In this document: in pieces, positions 13,761-27,635 of the stretch | Layout of the letters: each line of letters begins with the position of its first letter | Position numbering within the stretch: the stretch's first letter is position 1 | Assembly: GCF_009914755.1 (NCBI RefSeq) | Contig: NC_060928.1 | Direction: 5' to 3' (one strand) | Source: the human T2T-CHM13v2.0 reference genome, Homo sapiens | Length of the DNA: 64,000 bases | Translations under genes and position numbers: made by a program | Notes under the pieces: generated by a model | What the model was told of the DNA's origin: nothing | Databases searched by the model: none | Seen by the model: only the letters and a program-made list of their open reading frames with translations

Positions 13761-15008
13761 CCAAATAAATATTTACTGTATGGCAGGTGCTCAGATAGCA
13801 CTGAGCAAAAATACAAAAATATCTACCTGCCAGGACACTTTCTCTCTCTCTCTTTCTCTCTCTCTCTCCCCTGCCCCCCTCTCTCCCTCTCATTGCTCCC
13901 ATTTTGGCCTAGGCGTCCACCTGCCAGACAGCAGGTTGGAGAGGATCCGCTCAGAGCACTGGCAAGACCCAGGGACCATGGACCCTACCCATCTTAGAAA
14001 GGCCAACACTTACTGAGATTTACCTCTTTCCTCCTCCATAAGGGCACACGGATCCCTGGAAACTGTCAGAAATAGGGTGATTTGTCAGCATCAGGATGAT
14101 GGAAATGAGGCTGGAGGGAGCAGAGGACCCCCAGGATATTAAGCCCCATTTCAGGTCGTTGGTCAGACTTCGTGTCCACACCTCCACCCCGCACTCTCCA
14201 ATGCCAAATAGACAGGTCACCACCATGTTAGAAATTCTACAGTGGCTTCTCTTCAAAAAGCCTAGCCTCCTGGGCCAGTTCTCCCCACATCCCCTCTGGC
14301 CCCATGCTCTGCCCTCGGCCTGCCCCAGCCTCCACCTCTGCCATACCCACCTGCTCTCCTGTTTGATGGTGCCCTGCAGTCTGCCCAGGGCCTCTGCCCC
14401 TGCTTCAATTTCTGGTTAGTTCCCAGCTCCAGAAAGTCCCCTCTGAGCCCTCCCTACCAAGAAGGGTCCGACTGCTACACCCCTGCCCCCAGCTCTCCCC
14501 ACAGCCACCAGAGCTTCCTGGCAGCTCTCTGCACTTCATCCTGAGGACTGCAGTGCTCTATCTATGGCCAAAGGAGTCTTGATTCTAGAGGGAGTCATTG
14601 GACTTTTATATGGTATGGTGCGGTGCATCTAGAAATATTCTTTAAAAATACCCAACCCCAACGCTAACATTTCTCCATTAAAAATTCACACTTTTAAATT
14701 GAGGCACAGCAAAGAGTCTCAAATTAAAAATAACAGCAAAAGGGGTGAAATATTAAGAACTTACCTTCAAAGGGATTAGCTTCCCACATTGTGTTCCAGG
14801 CTGGCAGATGGTTAGAGAAATGGTTCCCAATTTCAGATTCAGGAAACTCTTTCTCCATGTCTGTCTTATCACAACACCTATAAGCGCCTTCTTACTCTTT
14901 TTGTCAATTCTTTTTCTTTCACTTAATGCACTTATTTTAAAGGAGGACTTTATATCAGTATCCTCAGTGGCAAACCAATCTCACCTGCTTTCCACAAAAG
15001 ATATCCAG

Positions 15009-15378
15009 TGATATGGTTCGCCTCTATGTCCCGACCCCAATCTCATCTCAAATTGTCATCCCCATAATCCCCACGTGTCAAGGGAGGACCCAGGTAGGAG
15101 GTGATTGGATCATGGGGGTGTCTTCTCCCATGTTGTTCTGGTGATAGTGAGTGAGGTCTCATGGGATCTGATGGTTTTATAAGGCAGTTTTCTTTGCTCT
15201 TGCTCACTCTCTCTTGCCAGCCACCATGTAAGACATGCCTCTTCCCCATCTGCCATGATTGTCAGTTTCCTGAGGCTTCCTCAGCCATTTGGAGCTGTGA
15301 GTCAATTAAACCTCTCTTCTTTATGAATTACCCAGTCTCTGGTATGTCTTCATAGCAGTGTGAAAATGGACTAATACA
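15009..15378 (+). mobile_element. THE1 (C/D-like) solo LTR
   Basis: tgatatggtt ... ccccataatccccacgtgtcaaggga ... tgagtcaattaaacctct ... gtgtgaaaatggactaataca. Confidence 0.9.
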
Positions 15379-15869
15379 ACCATAAAAAATAAATAAAAAC
15401 AAAATAGTAGTACCAAATTCTGGTTAGACTGGGTGCCCACCAAGGATTTGAGATGGATTCTACTCTCGCTTTGTATTAAAAAGGGTAGTGGGAATTAGCA
15501 AATGTTACTGAGATGTTAAAGACGTAATAGTACCAAGTTGAGACATTCTTCCTGACATAATTAGGAAAATTAAAAAGAACTGAAAAAGGAGTAACTGCCT
15601 CCCCGTCTGTCTGAGTGTTCATTCATGTCCAGTCCAGTAGCGCCCACTGGTGACAGCAGGCACTTTATGAAAGACAGACGTTAGAGGGGAGGGAAGACAG
15701 GCAAGGAGGGAACTGATGAGCGGGGACAAGGATGACAGTCCATGGTAACGGTTTTCACACTTGAGGCTGCAGATCCATCACTTGGATCTGCAAAAGGCAG
15801 ACCAGTAGCCAAGCTCCTAGAGATTCTGAAGCCCTGTGCCTGGGTCGTAGCCCTGGACTTTGCATTTTA

Positions 15870-16156
15870 TTTTATTTTTTTCCTTTATGACGTGAGTTAA
15901 ATCATTTACAATTATCATGATTCCTGATACATTTGAACTTGTTTATTTCTAATTCCTATGCCCTTTATCTTTCTGTTTTCTTCTTTTTTTGCATTCTATA
16001 GTATTGATAGGGTTTGTTATGCCCTTTGTCTTCTCCACTGGTTTGGAAGCCCTTTTTTTCTAATTTTTATGGGTACATAGTAGGTGTGTATATGTATGGG
16101 GTACATGAGATGTTTTGATACAGACATGCAGTGTGAAATAAGCACATCGTGGAGAA
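15870..16156 (-). mobile_element. 5'-truncated L1MA 3' end (16053-16156) plus an extra downstream segment, bounded by a 16-bp TSD
   Basis: tttttatgggtacatagtaggtgtgtatatgtatggggtacatgaga is the antisense L1MA 3' end. Direct repeats tggact[t/c]tgcatttta lie at 15854-15869 and 16157-16172. Confidence 0.7.
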
Positions 16157-16944
16157 TGGACTCTGCATTTTAGTCAGCACACCTGCTGCTGGTTGGTGGA
16201 AATGTCTTTGAGAAACGCTGGCTGGGTAGATGAGTTTGTGACGGGGAGGGTTTCTTGGAGCCCCATCCCGAAGACTCGGGCTTCACTGCTGACTGGGGCT
16301 TGTGATCCTGGCACGCTGCTGCCATCCTTGCAGCATTAAAGGCGTCATCTGCAAAAGGGGTGACAATTCTACCCTGCCTCTGTGAGACCCCAGGAGATGG
16401 CTGACAAAAAGCTCTGTGGAGAGAGGTCAGGCCCTGGCTGTGCTGATGGTGAGCTCTGAAAGAGATTCCAGGGTCAACACTAAGGTCAGGGAGAAGGGAG
16501 CACCAAGGAGAGAAATCCCAGAATTTAGCCCTGAATGAGGCTGCCCCCTCCCTACCTGTTGGTCAGTGATAATGATGAGGTTGGTAGTAGCGAATGACTG
16601 GGCATCTACTGTATTCCTTAGGAGACTGTCGGCGGAGCTGGACTGGAACCCAGGTCTCCAAAGCCCGTGGCATCGGCCTTTGTGCTACCCCTGGCTGCCC
16701 TTCCCCACATTGCCTTTCTTTCCAGAACTTTCACCAGGGCCCCCTTGTATCCAGCACATGGCCCACACTCTCCAGCAGCCTTGTCTCTGTGCTGACTGCG
16801 TGCTCCCCTCCTTGATTTCAGGAAACACAGCTCCTCCCGGGCTCTCTATTCCCCAGGAGGTGTCCAGAGCAGGAGGCTCCCCCACTCTGGTACCCTACGG
16901 TCCATGGGATTCCCATCTCTCCACATAAAAGTCCTGTGAGAGAG

Positions 16945-17322
16945 TGCTATGGGATGGATTGTGCCCACCACCCCCAATTCATACATTGAAGCCCTAACCC
17001 CCAGTACCCCAGAATGTGATTGCATTTGGAGATAGGTCTTTACAGAGGTTATTAAGTTAAAGTGAGGTCATTAGGATGGGCCCTAATACATAAAATATGC
17101 CTGGTGTCCTTACGACAAGAGGCCATTAGAACACAGACACACACAAAGGGAAGACTGTGGGAGGACGCAAGGCAAAGATGGCCACCTGCAAGTCAAGGAA
17201 AAGGGCCTCAGAAGGAACCAACCCTGCCAACACCTTGATCATGGACTTTTGGACTCTAGAATGGTGAGAAAGAAAAGTCTGTTGTTTAAGCCCCCGGTTC
17301 GTGGTGTTTTGATATAGCAGCA
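16945..17322 (+). mobile_element. MLT1B-like LTR
   Basis: tgctatggga...aattcatacattgaagccctaacccccagtacc ... aaccaaccctgccaacaccttgatc ... tatagcagc. Confidence 0.85.
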
Positions 17323-18069
17323 TTCTGTTCTTCTCCTGCTGCACTTGATAAAACTTTGGGATCACCTTGCTTTGGGATCACCTTAGCGATGACTGCCAAG
17401 CTGGGAACAGTTCAGAGCAGCTTAAGGCTATGGCACTGTGACTCCCAGGGCTGCAGCTGTAGCTACCACCGTCAGAGACAGGCCCTGAGGAAAACCACTG
17501 CCTCGATCACGGGGCTATGCTCACTGTGCAGAGCATCTCCCCAGCCCACTGCTTGCTTCTCAGGGGCAATTTGAATATGTTTATTATTCTGGTGAAGCCG
17601 CTCCTAACCAGACCCATCCTGCAGCTGGCTGTAAGCTATTTCATTATCTCTTCACTTAGCAGATAAAAAAGAAAATGGAACTGAACATGCTATGTCAGAG
17701 CAACCCCATCCCCATGGCCACGCACACCCTGATCTATTTAATCCAGGCCCTCGCTTCCCTCCCAGCCCTCCTCCCGAATCTCTCCAACGCTACCCAAGAG
17801 AATGCAAAAGGCCAGGCTTCTGCATTTAAAATTATACTATGAAATAGAAGAGCATTACTCTGAAGAGGTACAGGAATTTTCCTGATGCTATGTCTAATTT
17901 TGTGAACAGATATTTTGTTCACAGGACAAGAATCCTGTCCAAGCACCACACTAATGGGACCTTGAGCCAGCAACTTCTTGCTAAGCCCCTGATGGTGTGC
18001 AAAGCAGGAAGTGCAAGTCCCACCCCATAGGAGCAGCTGGGACTGAGTACCCATGACACGCAGATGCCT

Positions 18070-18226
18070 TTACCAGGGTGGCTGGTGGCACAAGGCCCCA
18101 CATGAAGGAGGGTCCGTGTTTGATTTAATGCCCGGTACTTGCCATCGTGAAATCCTTAAAGCTTTGAACAAAGGGCCCTGCATTTTCTTTTTGCACTGGA
18201 CTCCACCCATTTTGTAGCTGACACTG
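18070..18226. mobile_element. MER91A (hAT-Tip100 MITE)
   Basis: tttgatttaatgc...ttgccatcgtgaaatccttaa...tttgaacaaagggccctgcattttctttttgcactgg. Confidence 0.65.
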
Positions 18227-19274
18227 CTGTTACCTACAATCATGCAGTCCTTACAACAGCCTACAAGTAGAGCTTAGATCTTCATGGTGTGGTAAAGAAA
18301 TTGAGACTCAGAGGAGGGAAGGCGCCTGTTCAAGGTCCTGCAGCTCATCATAGTTGTCAGTGCCAACGTCATCATTATCCTCTCCAGCAGCCCACCCGTC
18401 CTCCCAACTCTCTGGCCCACCGCCTGGGAAGCAATTTGCAGAGCAGTTACACAGTGTAAATGACCACGCTGATCATTTGTTTTCCTCCCATTCCTTGTCT
18501 TTCCCTACTGGAATGTAATCTCCATGCAAGTAAGAACTTGCCTGAGTTTCGTCCACTGTATTTTAAGTAGACAGTAGTGCCTGGCACACAGTAAGCTGTG
18601 AAAATGTGATAGAATGAATGGAAATAGATGATTTCCCAAGACTCCCTGGTTAGGAACTGTGCTGTGACCTTGGGTCCTTTATCTTCATTATTCTTTAGTT
18701 CTACACCTCAAGGAAGAACTGCTGTCCCTGTTTGATGGATGAGGAAGCTAGACTTAGAGCATTTAAGTCTCCAGGTCAGATTGTTAATAAGAGACAGAGC
18801 CAGGCTTAGAAACCAGGTCTCTCTGATGCTGTTGGAGGGAGCATTTTCTCATGGTATCTTCAGCTGAGCACCAACCAAGACAGCAGCTGCCCTCTCATCT
18901 GCAGCACTAACACAGTAACAATCCCCACAGCCCCAAGGGGCTTTCGATTGAATGAGATCATGCCCGTGCAGTAGCCAGTTCAGTGTGGCATGGAAAATGT
19001 GGTCAGCACATGCTAGGGGCTGGCCATCTTTGTCCCTCCACCATCCTATATGGGACTCTGTTTACTTCTTGCCTTCGCTACCCAGAGGTGTGGATTCAGG
19101 AAATAGCACATGGATTATTTGTAATACATTTCTTTTTCTGAAAGTGGCTCTGCCATATCTGCCCCCACCTTGCTCCCACCCTGTGTCCTTGGGGCCCTGT
19201 AAAGATGGTAATGGGTTCTGGAAGCAGCTGTCTGGGTTTTTAATCCTGGCTCTTCCATCACTTACTAGTTGAGT

Positions 19275-19710
19275 GTGGTAGTCAAGATTCTCCAGAGAAA
19301 CAGAACCAACAGGATGTGTGCGTATGAAGGAGGGAGGGAAGGAAGGAGGGAAAGAGATTTATTTTAAGAAATTGGCTTATGCGATCATGGAGGTATAAGT
19401 TCAAAATCTGCAGACAGGCCAGCCAGCAGGAGACTCAGGAAAGAGCTGATGTTGCAGTTCAAATCCAAAGGCCATCTGCTGGCACGATTCCCCCTTGCTT
19501 GCGAGAGGCCAGTTTCTGTTCTGTTAAGGCCTCTGACTGGTTGGATGAGCCTGCCTGCATTATGGAGGGCAATGCGCTTTACTCAAAGTCAACTGACTTA
19601 AATGTTAATCTTACCCAAAAATACTCCCACTGAAACATGCAGAAGAATGTTTGCACAAATATCTGGGTACTGTGGCCCTGTCAACGTTAACTCATAAAGT
19701 TAACCATCCC
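19275..19710 (-). mobile_element. MLT2D-like LTR inserted into a MIR (MIR halves about 19230-19275 and 19712-19860)
   Basis: gattctccagagaaacagaaccaacagga ... aaagttaaccatc. The flanks read as one continuous MIR. Confidence 0.8.
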
Positions 19711-21229
19711 GCTGGTGACCCTGGGAAAGTCACTCAAATTCCTTGAGCATAAGACTCCTTAGCTATAAAATAAACAAAATGAGTCAGCATATCCTACACC
19801 ACAGAAAACTGCTATGAGAATCAAATGAAATAATACATGTAAAGTGCTGTGAACGGTGCCGGATAATACAGCCACAATGTCGCCTTGGGGTCATCTGCAT
19901 TCCTCCAAGGGCAATTGGCTCCTTCCCTCTCATCTGTGTCCTCCTTCCCCTTGGGTGGCAGGAATGCAGGGAGATGTGAAAAGGTCCCCTGGTCCCTCTC
20001 TGTGGTCAGGGGTCCCGCTCTGTGGTCTTCCTAAAGAGCAAAATTCCCAAGAGTTCTCAGTAAAAAGACCCCAGCTTTTATTCCCAGTCTCAGTTTTACT
20101 GCTTTCTGTAAGACTCTGTCTGGTATTTCTCTTCTCCCGAGCAAGGTTTTCTTATTTGGAAATTGATCATGTTTAAATGTTTGATGTATTCATTAAGCTT
20201 TCACCATATGCCAAGCCTGGACTCATTCTTTTTTATGCAACATTGCATTTAATTCTCACAACAGCCGTTACAGACAGACATGATTAGCTCACTTTACAGA
20301 TGAGGAAACTGAGGCTCAGAGAGGTCAGGAACCTGGGGCTATTGCTTCATACAGAGTTAAGGTCCCTTCCAGTGTCAACAGCCAGGGCTCTCTGACTCTT
20401 ATGCGTTTTGGCAGCATGTCCCCTTGGAGGATACTCACAGAGAGATTGGGCCCTAAAAATAGCAATTCTTAAAATATTAATTCACCGGAAAGGTCTCCAC
20501 GTCGACTCTGCTTTCAAACCAGGGCTCCCACATTTCTAGTAAAATCAGGAAAGAGAAATCTCTGGTTTTGTGGGGCCACCCTGGGCCCTGCAGTCAGCCG
20601 TGGGTAGGTGAGTGTGGGTGTCCGGGCCTGGAGGGTGCGTATTTTTCAGCTGATCTGTGCCCACCGCGCCAGCTTGTCTGACTCCCACATACGTATTCAT
20701 GCTGTGCCTCAAGAGGTGATGCTCCTGCCCTCCCCTGTCACACGAGGCAAACTGAACATGCCTGGCTCCTGGTTCCACCTACCCCTGGGACTCAACAGCT
20801 GTGACAGTCATCCCAACCGGCTCCCAGAGGAATCCGAGCTGACCACTGGAGCTTCATGTTTTAATGAGGCTATGCCTATGTGCCAGAGGTTGGCGACTAA
20901 GAATTCCAAACAAAATCCTCCCCTGAACGAGCCCAGGACTCGTAGCATCCCATTGTGAGCCAGCTCAGATGATCTTTCTTGCCCAGAAGCAGAGCAGGCC
21001 TCTCAATCCTCAGGAGGCATTGGAACTGCACAGGGGCTTATGGGAAATGGAGGTACCCAGCCCTGCCACAGAGGTGGAGGCTGTGACCAGCCTGGGGTGC
21101 TGCACTGGTAATAGGGACCCTTGTTTCTGAAACCACTAGGCAGTGGACTCACCCTGAAAAGACAGGTGATGAGGCATCAGCAGGGGCAGGGCCATCCTGA
21201 GTCCTGGACCTCTGGGGCTGTGTCTGATT

Positions 21230-22900
21230 CATCCATTCAACTATCCACGCAGCTCTTTACTGAATGTTTTTGTGTCAGACTCTGTTGTAAGTCCTTGTGA
21301 TACAGCAGTGGGGGGATAAAGTCTCTGCTGTCATAGTTTTATATCCTAATGGGGAGAGAGACACAACACGTGGATACAGTGTCAGGCATGATAAGGGCAT
21401 GGAGAGAAATGAAGGAGGGGAGGTGATAGGGAGCGCTGGGGAGCTGGGCGATCATCACAGGGAGAGAGGGAGGGGTCCTGTGCACATCTAGGGAATGGGC
21501 CTTCCAGGCCAGGTAACAGCAAGGCAGAGGCCATAGCGGGGGACAATGCTTGGCTCAGCAGACCAGTGCAGCCAGACGAAGTGAGTGGAAGGAGGATGGA
21601 GGGGGTAGGCCCAGCTCATCAGGGCCCTGGAAGCCTTTGAGAGTACCTGGGTTTTACTCTACGGAGAAGTCCCGAGAAGGGTGTGGGCAAAGGCTGACAG
21701 CTCTGCCCTGGTGAGCATGGGCTGGAGAGGAAAGGGAAGATGCAGGAACTCTGGAGGGGAAAATGCTCTGCAGGTAGAAGCAGCAGGGTTTGCTATTCAG
21801 GCAGATGTGGGGTGTGGACAGTGTAGTCAATGGTGACACCGAGACTTGGGGAGTAAAAGGTGCTGGAGGTTTGAAAAGAGAGAGAATGCCCTCTAAAATG
21901 GAGAATGAATGAACAAGGAGGATATCCCAGGGTTGGGGCAGGTCAAAGAACCCACAGAGACACTGTTAGGGATTGGGGATTTAGAGGGAAACTCAATTCC
22001 CTGGTTGTATTTTTCTGCAGCCACGTTCAGCTGGGTGGGCGCAGTGCGGAGTCATCAGGAAGTAGAAATTAACCAGGCTTTGGGTTCCGCCAGGTGAACA
22101 GTCAAGGGAGTCGAGGATGTGGGAAGGCGTGACTTCAGTGAGAGACCATGGAGTGTGGGCTGGGGAAGTCGGTGATGACCCTGATGGATAGCAAGGAGGT
22201 AAAAGGTGGGTGGATTGTGGGTGCCCGTGGGACTGAAGAATTGCAGGAAACAGAAGGAAGGGGCTGTGACGATTCCAGAGTGGGATGTTTGAGGAGACAG
22301 GAGAGGCCAGGTGTGGCCATGGAGTGAGTGGCGGAGGCAGGTGGAGATCGAGATCCTAGGAGAAAGAGGAGTCAAGAACTTAAGAGGCCAGATGCCCAGT
22401 CACACGGTTGTTGCCATCACCAAGGTCATTGCTGGAACTGTGTTGCAGATGGCAACAGTGACCAGGAGTGAAACCCTCGAGTCGTGGTGGGACTTTTCCG
22501 AGCGTCCACAGGTGACTGCAACAAGGAAGGAAGAGACGGGTGACGTGATGGCCCCAGCTCTAAAGATGGTAGGGGTTGGGTAGGAAGGAGCAAGGGTGAG
22601 GCTTTCCCTCCTGGCCAGAGCTAGAGGGAATGGGGGAGAAGAACAGGAGGGTTTAGATTAAGGCAAGAGGGTGGGGGAAATGTTTGAAGAGAGGGACCTG
22701 ATGCTGACTGTGAATTCCGAGGGGACAGAAGAAGGTCTGGGTGTCAGGGCAGGTGAGGGAAGAAGTCAGATGGGGGGATGTGCCTGTGTTTAGGACAGGA
22801 TTCCAGGAGACAAGAGTGGCTTCGAAGCCCCGTGCCCATGTAAAGGGATAAAGGGCATGGTCCCAAGGTGGGTGACCATGCTGAGGTTGTGAGTGTTGGA
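21230..22900 (-). mobile_element. Long diverged L2 fragment
   Basis: Antisense L2 3' end (attcatccattcaac...tttactgaatg) followed by purine-rich L2 body (ggagtcaagaacttaagaggccaga, gccatcaccaagg). Confidence 0.6.
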
Positions 22901-23229
22901 GGGAGGGGGGTTTTGGCGTTTGGCTGGGGGTTCTGGCTCCCTCTGCTCCCACAAGTGGAGATGGCTACATCAGGAAAGGCAGTGTTTCCAGAGGCCAGGC
23001 ATGCTCCGGCAAGATTACTAGGTTGGAATTTTATCACCTGGGAAATGAAATGACCACACTCCTCCCAGGGCTGCTGTGAAGACAGGTGTGGTGTGTAACC
23101 CTTCTCCTCTGCAAAGATCTCCAGGTCGTTTGTTGCACTTAGAGCAGAGATCTAAGGCTCCTGCACTCAGTCCATCCTCATGGAACCTACACAGCCTCCT
23201 GTGCTGCTCCACCTCTCCTGGCCTATGGC

Positions 23230-23585
23230 CCCCACACACACCCTCAACACACAGCCACAGCCACAGCCTCGCCCACAGTCCCACCCACAGCTCCACTTAA
23301 AGCCCCCACCCACAGCTCCACCTACAACCTCACCCACAGATCCACCCCTAGCTATACCCACATTCCCCACCCACAGCCCCACCCACAGCCCCCACTCACA
23401 GCTCCACCCACAGCCCCCACTCACAGCTCCACCCACAGCCCCCACCCATGGCCCCACCCACGGCTCCACTCACAGCCCCTACCCAGAGCCCCCACCCACA
23501 CCCACAGCCCCACCCATAGCCCCTACCCAGATTTCCCATGCAGAGCTCCACCCACAGGCCCCACCCACAGCTCTTGGCCCACAGT
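23230..23585. repeat. Degenerate C/A-rich tandem repeat (CCCACA / CCCACCCACAGC-like units)
   Basis: Repeated acagccccacccacagc / agctccacccac motifs. The minus strand is G-rich. Confidence 0.85.
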
Positions 23586-25106
23586 TCCTGGCCTTTGTAC
23601 TCCCTGGACTCTTCCCAGCCGTCTGTCTCTCACACAGCACCCTCACTCTCCCCCTCTATTTCCCTCAGCGTATCATATTATGCAGTTTTATCTTTGACTG
23701 TCTCTTGTTTTCTTAGCTCCTGGGTAAGCTCCAGAAGGCAGGTCTCAGTAAGTATATGTTGAATGCTGGAAAGAGCTCCCGGCTGGTGTGAGTCCAGAGC
23801 CCATGCATAGTGCAGGGTGGAAATGGTGGGCCAGAGGGAGGGGGAGTGGGAACCATGGTAGAAGCAGGAAAAGGTAATTCTTGATGGTCCAAGAGCACTG
23901 GCCATGGAGAAAGATTGATCCAGACCTGAGCCCAGTTTGAAGTGCACATATTTGTAATTTGACCTAGTAACTGAACATCTCTCAGCCTCATTGTCTTCAT
24001 CTGTAAGGAGAGGGAGAAACACAATTATTTCTTAGATCCCTTTTGGCTCTAAAATACCTTTCCCAATGACCCAGATAAAATCCACACTGTCAAGTTTACA
24101 AGAGTCAGGAAAGCAAATTTCAAATCCCAGCTCTGGCACTAATTTCCCAGACAACTCGAAGGAAGTTACTTAACTCATCTAAACGTAGGTCCCCTCATCT
24201 GGAAAATGACCAGGTCGTTCCGGGTGGTGGCTGGACCCTCCATTGGGTCCAACTCTCGGATTCCAATAGAAGTCACGTGGATAGAGTCGGATTCAGCCTT
24301 GATACGAACTTGAGATCTTTCCCGCATTGTCCTCAGAAAGCTGGATGAGGAACATGAGGCCGTGGCCTGAGCGTCTTCACAGAAATAGGAAGCTCTCGAA
24401 GAGTCGCAGCATCTCACAGGCCCAGCCACTTGGAGCCCGCTGGGAAGGCTGGATCCAGGAGGAAAATGAGAGACCACGTGATCGTGGCAAGATGCACACT
24501 GCTGAACGTGAATGACATCAGACGAGAGCTGGGCGGTGGCCCCTGGGAAAGCTGGGGGTCACAATTAACTATGATTAACTGTCAGCAGGAAGCGCTCGAG
24601 GATCCCAGCCTGGACCAGGGCCTGAGCCCTAAGCCAGGACCTGACGCTGATTGGCCTTGTACGGAAGCCTGGGCCTCTCTGGTTGCCTCATGACAAATTT
24701 ACAGACGGGATAATGCCACCAGTGTCTGTTGAACACCTGCTGGATGCTAGATGCTGTGCCAGGGCTGCAAATCTAGGAATGGGCCCTGATTCGATGGAAC
24801 TCAGCACCTACTGGGAAGGACAAGCCTCAGTCAGATAATCACACAAGCACATATACCCTGTGCTCACTGCCAGGCCAGTGACATGCAGTGAGGTACAGGG
24901 AAAACTCAGACTGCAACCTGGTGCACCCAGGGCTTGAAGGAGGGCTTCTCAGAGGGAGTGATGCCCAAACTGAGAGCTGACGGGTGCAGAGGAGTTGACC
25001 AGGCAGAGATTGGGGCCTGGAGGAGGGCACTCCAGCCATGCATGCAGACACAGGACCCTGGTGTATTTGAAGCATGCACAGGTCGGTCAAGCGACTCTGC
25101 CCCTAA

Positions 25107-25495
<389 letters not shown>

Positions 25496-26739
25496 ACTTC
25501 TGCCACTTTTTAACTATGACCATGGAGAAGTCGCTTCACCTCTCCAGGCTGCAGTTTCTTCATCCATCAAAAAGAAGATAATGCTGGGTCTCTAGGGCTG
25601 GCAGGTGGATTAAATAAATCACAGTATGGGAAGGGGCTTTGTGAACTGCAAAACTGCACAAATGTGACAAATGGTCATCATCATTTTGGCGTCCACTCCT
25701 CCATGTTTCTTTCTGCCACCTCCTTTTCCTTCTAAACTCCCTGCTAAGTAGGGATGGGTGCAGGGGATGGGAGAACTAATCATCACTTATTGGGCAACTT
25801 CTATATCCTAGGAACTGAGTAAGTCCTTGACATACAGTATTTCATTTTATTCCCATTTTACAGATGAGAACAACTGAGACCCACACAGTATTGGAGTAAG
25901 GATTTGAACTGCTGTTCATGTGTGAGGGGCTTCAGAACATGACACATACTCACAGGCTGCCTTGCAGTCACTGCAGGACCGTAAGACCCCAGCTCTCCAC
26001 ACCCTTCTATTGTTTTCCATATGCTACTACCATGGCTCCAGCCTTGGGGAGCTCAGGGTCTGGTGAAGCAGGCTGACTCACGGATCTATCATTTCAATTT
26101 AGTGTTCTAGTTGGAAGTAGAAAGAAAGAAAACTGAGATGGGTGGGTCTGTGTTGGCTGCGTGGACCAAGAAGGTCCAAGCTTCTTAAGAAGATGACTCC
26201 CTCATTGGGCCAAGGGAGGGATGTCACGGGGCTCACCCATTCATGAAGGAATTAATTGACCCTGGTGCATCCTTGCACATGTTTGTGAATCCCAAAACCT
26301 TTGAAATCTCCCTGAGATATACTTGGGAGTAATTAGCTGAATGCAATTGCCTTAGTAGCCAAGTTAACATCCAGGCCCCATGGAGTGGCACAGCTTTTGA
26401 ACTGAATTAATCATTGTCATCCAGGCTGATGTTTGTTCTTTGCAGGATTAAAAAAAAATCAGCAACCCCCAAGCATGGCTTGACTGGATGCATTTTCTCT
26501 CCCAAAGGACAAAGCAAGAAGAAAATGATTTGAGTAGCAGCATGGGGTTTTACAATAGATATAAGACAGAACTACATTATTAGGCTGTGTGTACATTTAA
26601 AAAATTGTTTCCATGCCTTCAAATTAAGTCACGGATCTCTAACTGGTATATCCTGGCTGTCCCACATACGGACTCCATGATGACTCCTCTCACCTTGGTT
26701 TCATTGTCCAGTAAAATAAGGGTAACAATACTGCCTACC

Positions 26740-27144
26740 TGTGTTTGTCTGCTAAAGCTGCCATACAAAATACCACAGGCTGGGCAGCTTAAACAACAGA
26801 AATTAATCATCTTACGGTTCTGAAAGCTGGAAGTCCAGGATAAGGGTGCCAGCAGGTTTCGTTTCCTCTGAGGCCTTACTCCTTGGCTTGCAGATGGCTG
26901 CCTTCTTGCTGCTCTTCACAAGACCGTTCCTCTGCACACAGGGCCCTGATGTCTCCCCATGCATCCTACTCTCCTCTTCTTATAAGGACACCAGTCAGAT
27001 TGGATTTGAGTCTACTCTAATGTCCCTACTTTACGTTAATCACCTCTTGAAAGGCCCTGTCTCCCAACTATGGTTGCATTCAGAGACACTGGGAATAGGG
27101 ACCTCCACAAAGGAATTTGGAGGAACACGATTCAATCCATCACA
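26740..27144 (-). mobile_element. MLT1A/B LTR
   Basis: TG...CA termini with a 5-bp TSD CTACC at 26735-39 and 27145-49; aaataccacaggctgggcagcttaaacaacagaaat. Confidence 0.85.
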
Positions 27145-27159
27145 CTACCTGGAAGGGCT

Positions 27160-27635
27160 GTGCAATAGACTGAAAATGCCCCCCCCAAAGATGCCACATC
27201 CTAATCCTTATAATCTGTGCCTGTGTCACCTTACAGGGCAAAAGGGACTTTGCAGATGTGATTTAGGTAAGGATCAAGATGTGGGAAGAGTCTCCTGGAT
27301 TATCCAGGTGGGCCCAATGGAATCACAAGGCTCCTGCCAATGAGCAGATAGTAGGGTCAGAGAAGCAGTAGGAGATGCAGCTGCAGGAGCAGAGGTGGGA
27401 GTGCCGCAAGGGGGTGCCAGCAGTCAGGGAACCTGGGCAGCCTCCAGAACCTACAAAGGCAAAGAACAGAGCTCCTCTGTGGGCTCCAGAAGGAAGGGAC
27501 ACAGCCAGTTTACTCTTTGCCCCTGAGGTTCACTTTGGACTTCCACCCTCCAGAACTGTGAGAGAATGAAGGTGTGTTGTTTGGACTCACTCCATTTGTA
27601 GTGGTTGTTACTGCAGTGGTGAGGGAGTCCCTGAT
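27160..27635 (+). mobile_element. MLT1D LTR
   Basis: cccccaaagatgccacatcctaatcc ... aaagggactttgcagatgtgatt ... cctggattatccaggtgggccc ... cctccagaactgtgagagaat. Confidence 0.8.

Noticed and set aside
15768-15792. Perfect 10-bp hairpin tgcagatcca-tcact-tggatctgca
   Set aside because: Too short for a pre-miRNA, lies in or next to a MER5-like element, and one such stem in 64 kb could be chance.
17354-17384. ctttgggatcacctt repeated twice
   Set aside because: A simple local slippage duplication with no further structure.
23180-23716. 178-aa Pro/Thr/His-rich, mucin-like ORF
   Set aside because: It is a translation of a C/A-rich low-complexity repeat that lacks stops by composition. There is no splice or domain support.
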